In this document: positions 62,488-64,000 of the stretch, piece by piece | Position numbering within the stretch: the stretch's first letter is position 1 | Layout of the letters: each line of letters opens with the position of its first letter | NCBI GenBank assembly: GCA_020137815.1 | Contig: CM035356.1 | Location: forward strand, 7,688,001 to 7,752,000 | From: Hormiphora californensis | Lineage: Eukaryota > Animalia > Ctenophora | Direction of reading: 5' to 3' | DNA: 64,000 bases | Translations under genes and position numbers: made by a program | Notes under the pieces: generated by a model | Told to the model about the DNA's origin: nothing | The model's database searches: none | The model's input: only the letters and a program-made list of their open reading frames with translations

Positions 62488-63840
62488 TCAAGTTTTAGGA
62501 GCGATTCTCAAACGAGTCCCATTTCTCCTAGTCCCTGCACGTCCAGAGGGCCGAGTCCTGCTGGCAGCGACCATCCCTCCTTTAAACTGTGTCCCACTTC
62601 CCTTCACAACCACCCCAGGCAACACAATTCTTCCGGGGGACCGGGCATGTAGGACAATACCAGAGACATCATACGTCCTCCAGCTGGGTGGACTAATCGA
62701 GGGTTGTGGTATCTTTCCTGGCATCACGCCAACCACAGAAGTTTGGATGGTTGTACTGGCGGTTGAAGATGAGGATGATGAGGAGGAACTGGTTGTGTCT
62801 GAACTGGAGGAGCTGTCTGATGAGCTACTGCTGGAGGAGGAGCTTGATGGGGATGATGTTGTGCTGTTTTGAGTTGTTGTTGAGCATGATTTGGAAGGAG
62901 ATGATGAATCATGGAGTCCTGTTGGGTCCCTCCTGGAATCATAGTGGGTGACTTGATGAATTGGTTGAGATGAATCATGGATTGGGGTTGGTTGGGGGAT
63001 TGTACTGGGTGGGGTAGGTTGATGGATTGAAGTGACATCCTCAGCTATGGTGCTACATGGCTTGTAATGCTCTGTGAAATGGGACGTTACTAAATCTAGT
63101 GGCGCTGGAGCTGCTAGTGGTACTGGAGCTGCTAGTGGTGTTATGTACTGTTCTGCTACTGGAGTGGAGGAGGGGTTGATGATCTGTTGGTTTAGTCTCG
63201 TGGCGGTATATTCATGGTTCTGTGGGGTGTTGTAATCGGGGTGTGGGGTGTTGTTGCTGTCTTGTGGCGTGTTATAAGTGGGTTGTTGTGGCGTGTTCCA
63301 CCAGTTAGATTGGGGAACTGCAGAGGTATTGTCGGTGGTCTGGTATGAAGTGTCTTGGTGTGAAGTAGCATGGTGACAACACGTTCCATTATAAGATACC
63401 GGTGTCCCCACCATCCCCTCCTCCCCTAGATCTATCAGGGTTGCACAATCCTCCTCCTCCTCATCACCAGGGATATCAAGATGGGATGATGCTGTCTCAT
63501 CAGGGGGTAGTGAGGATACCTCACCCACCGACTGGTCATGGTCCCCTGTATTATTACACAAGTCCCGGAACTCTCTCGGTTCTTCCTCCACTAATCTCCT
63601 AAAGGTCAGCTTTTCCTTCAGCGAGAGGACACTCTTCTTAGTTTTAATCAACTTCTGCCGGGATGGTCTCCTCTTACGGTGTGATCTGAGCCCACAGCAC
63701 CCGGTGCTACTCTCATTATCTGAATCCAGTAGGGAGTGTATATCACTGGTGCTGGTAGAGCTAGACTGGGTGTTCTTGATGGTGCTGGTGGTACTGACGT
63801 GGCATTGTTGGAGAAGTTCCGTCGGGACTGAGAGTCGTGT
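62488..63840 (-). CDS. Terminal exon (450 aa) of a gene extending beyond the window; P/S/T-rich disordered protein
   Basis: tttcag acceptor at 63841-63842 (minus), with the frame open from TRLSVPTELL.. to ..RLRIAPKT*. Contains a basic NLS-like HRKRRPSRQK and a poly-Ser tract. Confidence 0.65.
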   Translation of the reverse strand, partial: TRLSVPTELLQQCHVSTTSTIKNTQSSSTSTSDIHSLLDSDNESSTGCCGLRSHRKRRPSRQKLIKTKKSVLSLKEKLTFRRLVEEEPREFRDLCNNTGDHDQSVGEVSSLPPDETASSHLDIPGDEEEEDCATLIDLGEEGMVGTPVSYNGTCCHHATSHQDTSYQTTDNTSAVPQSNWWNTPQQPTYNTPQDSNNTPHPDYNTPQNHEYTATRLNQQIINPSSTPVAEQYITPLAAPVPLAAPAPLDLVTSHFTEHYKPCSTIAEDVTSIHQPTPPSTIPQPTPIHDSSQPIHQVTHYDSRRDPTGLHDSSSPSKSCSTTTQNSTTSSPSSSSSSSSSSDSSSSSDTTSSSSSSSSSTASTTIQTSVVGVMPGKIPQPSISPPSWRTYDVSGIVLHARSPGRIVLPGVVVKGSGTQFKGGMVAASRTRPSGRAGTRRNGTRLRIAPKT

Positions 63841-64000
63841 CTGAAATATGGAGGGGGGGGGGTATTATAGGAACATAGATAAACGTGAAACGACAAAAGT
63901 AAACGGTGCAAAACTATGAACAACTTCATATCTCATCTATGAACAACTTCACACACAAAAACAAACATGTACCGTGTCAAACCGTGTCTCCTCATTAACA

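Noticed and set aside
62366-62872. 168-aa plus-strand ORF
   Set aside because: Antisense shadow of the low-complexity minus-strand terminal exon.

Overview
Eukaryotic (animal) genomic DNA with short GT-AG introns, many (CT/GA)n microsatellites and many non-autonomous DNA transposons. Gene architecture suggests a ctenophore, but this is inference. Genes read by hand: an LDLa-repeat class-A GPCR lacking leucine-rich repeats (+, ~463-4041); a complete 12-exon UDP-glucose pyrophosphorylase UGP2 (+, 6868-13894); a multi-exon coiled-coil protein (-, ~30100-14798); the last exon of a membrane protein (+, 41423-41586); an SRD5A3/DFG10 polyprenol-reductase-family gene (+, 43608-44680); the AAA+ ATPase NVL (+, ~45716-59753), with a 3-exon four-TM gene nested antisense in one intron; and a long disordered terminal exon (-, 62488-63840). 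The most striking unexplained pattern is 'splice-junction echoes'. In three genes, intronic tandem duplications repeatedly copy the exon-intron boundary itself and create arrays of decoy splice sites, and one intron appears built entirely from such a repeat with TGTTCAG|GT at both ends. Also notable are 0.8-1.6 kb near-perfect foldback transposons of different superfamilies inside introns and a candidate structured RNA / spliced-leader-like locus at 43150-43500. Roughly 25500-26620, 31000-42000 and 46200-48900 look error-rich, so calls there are weak.
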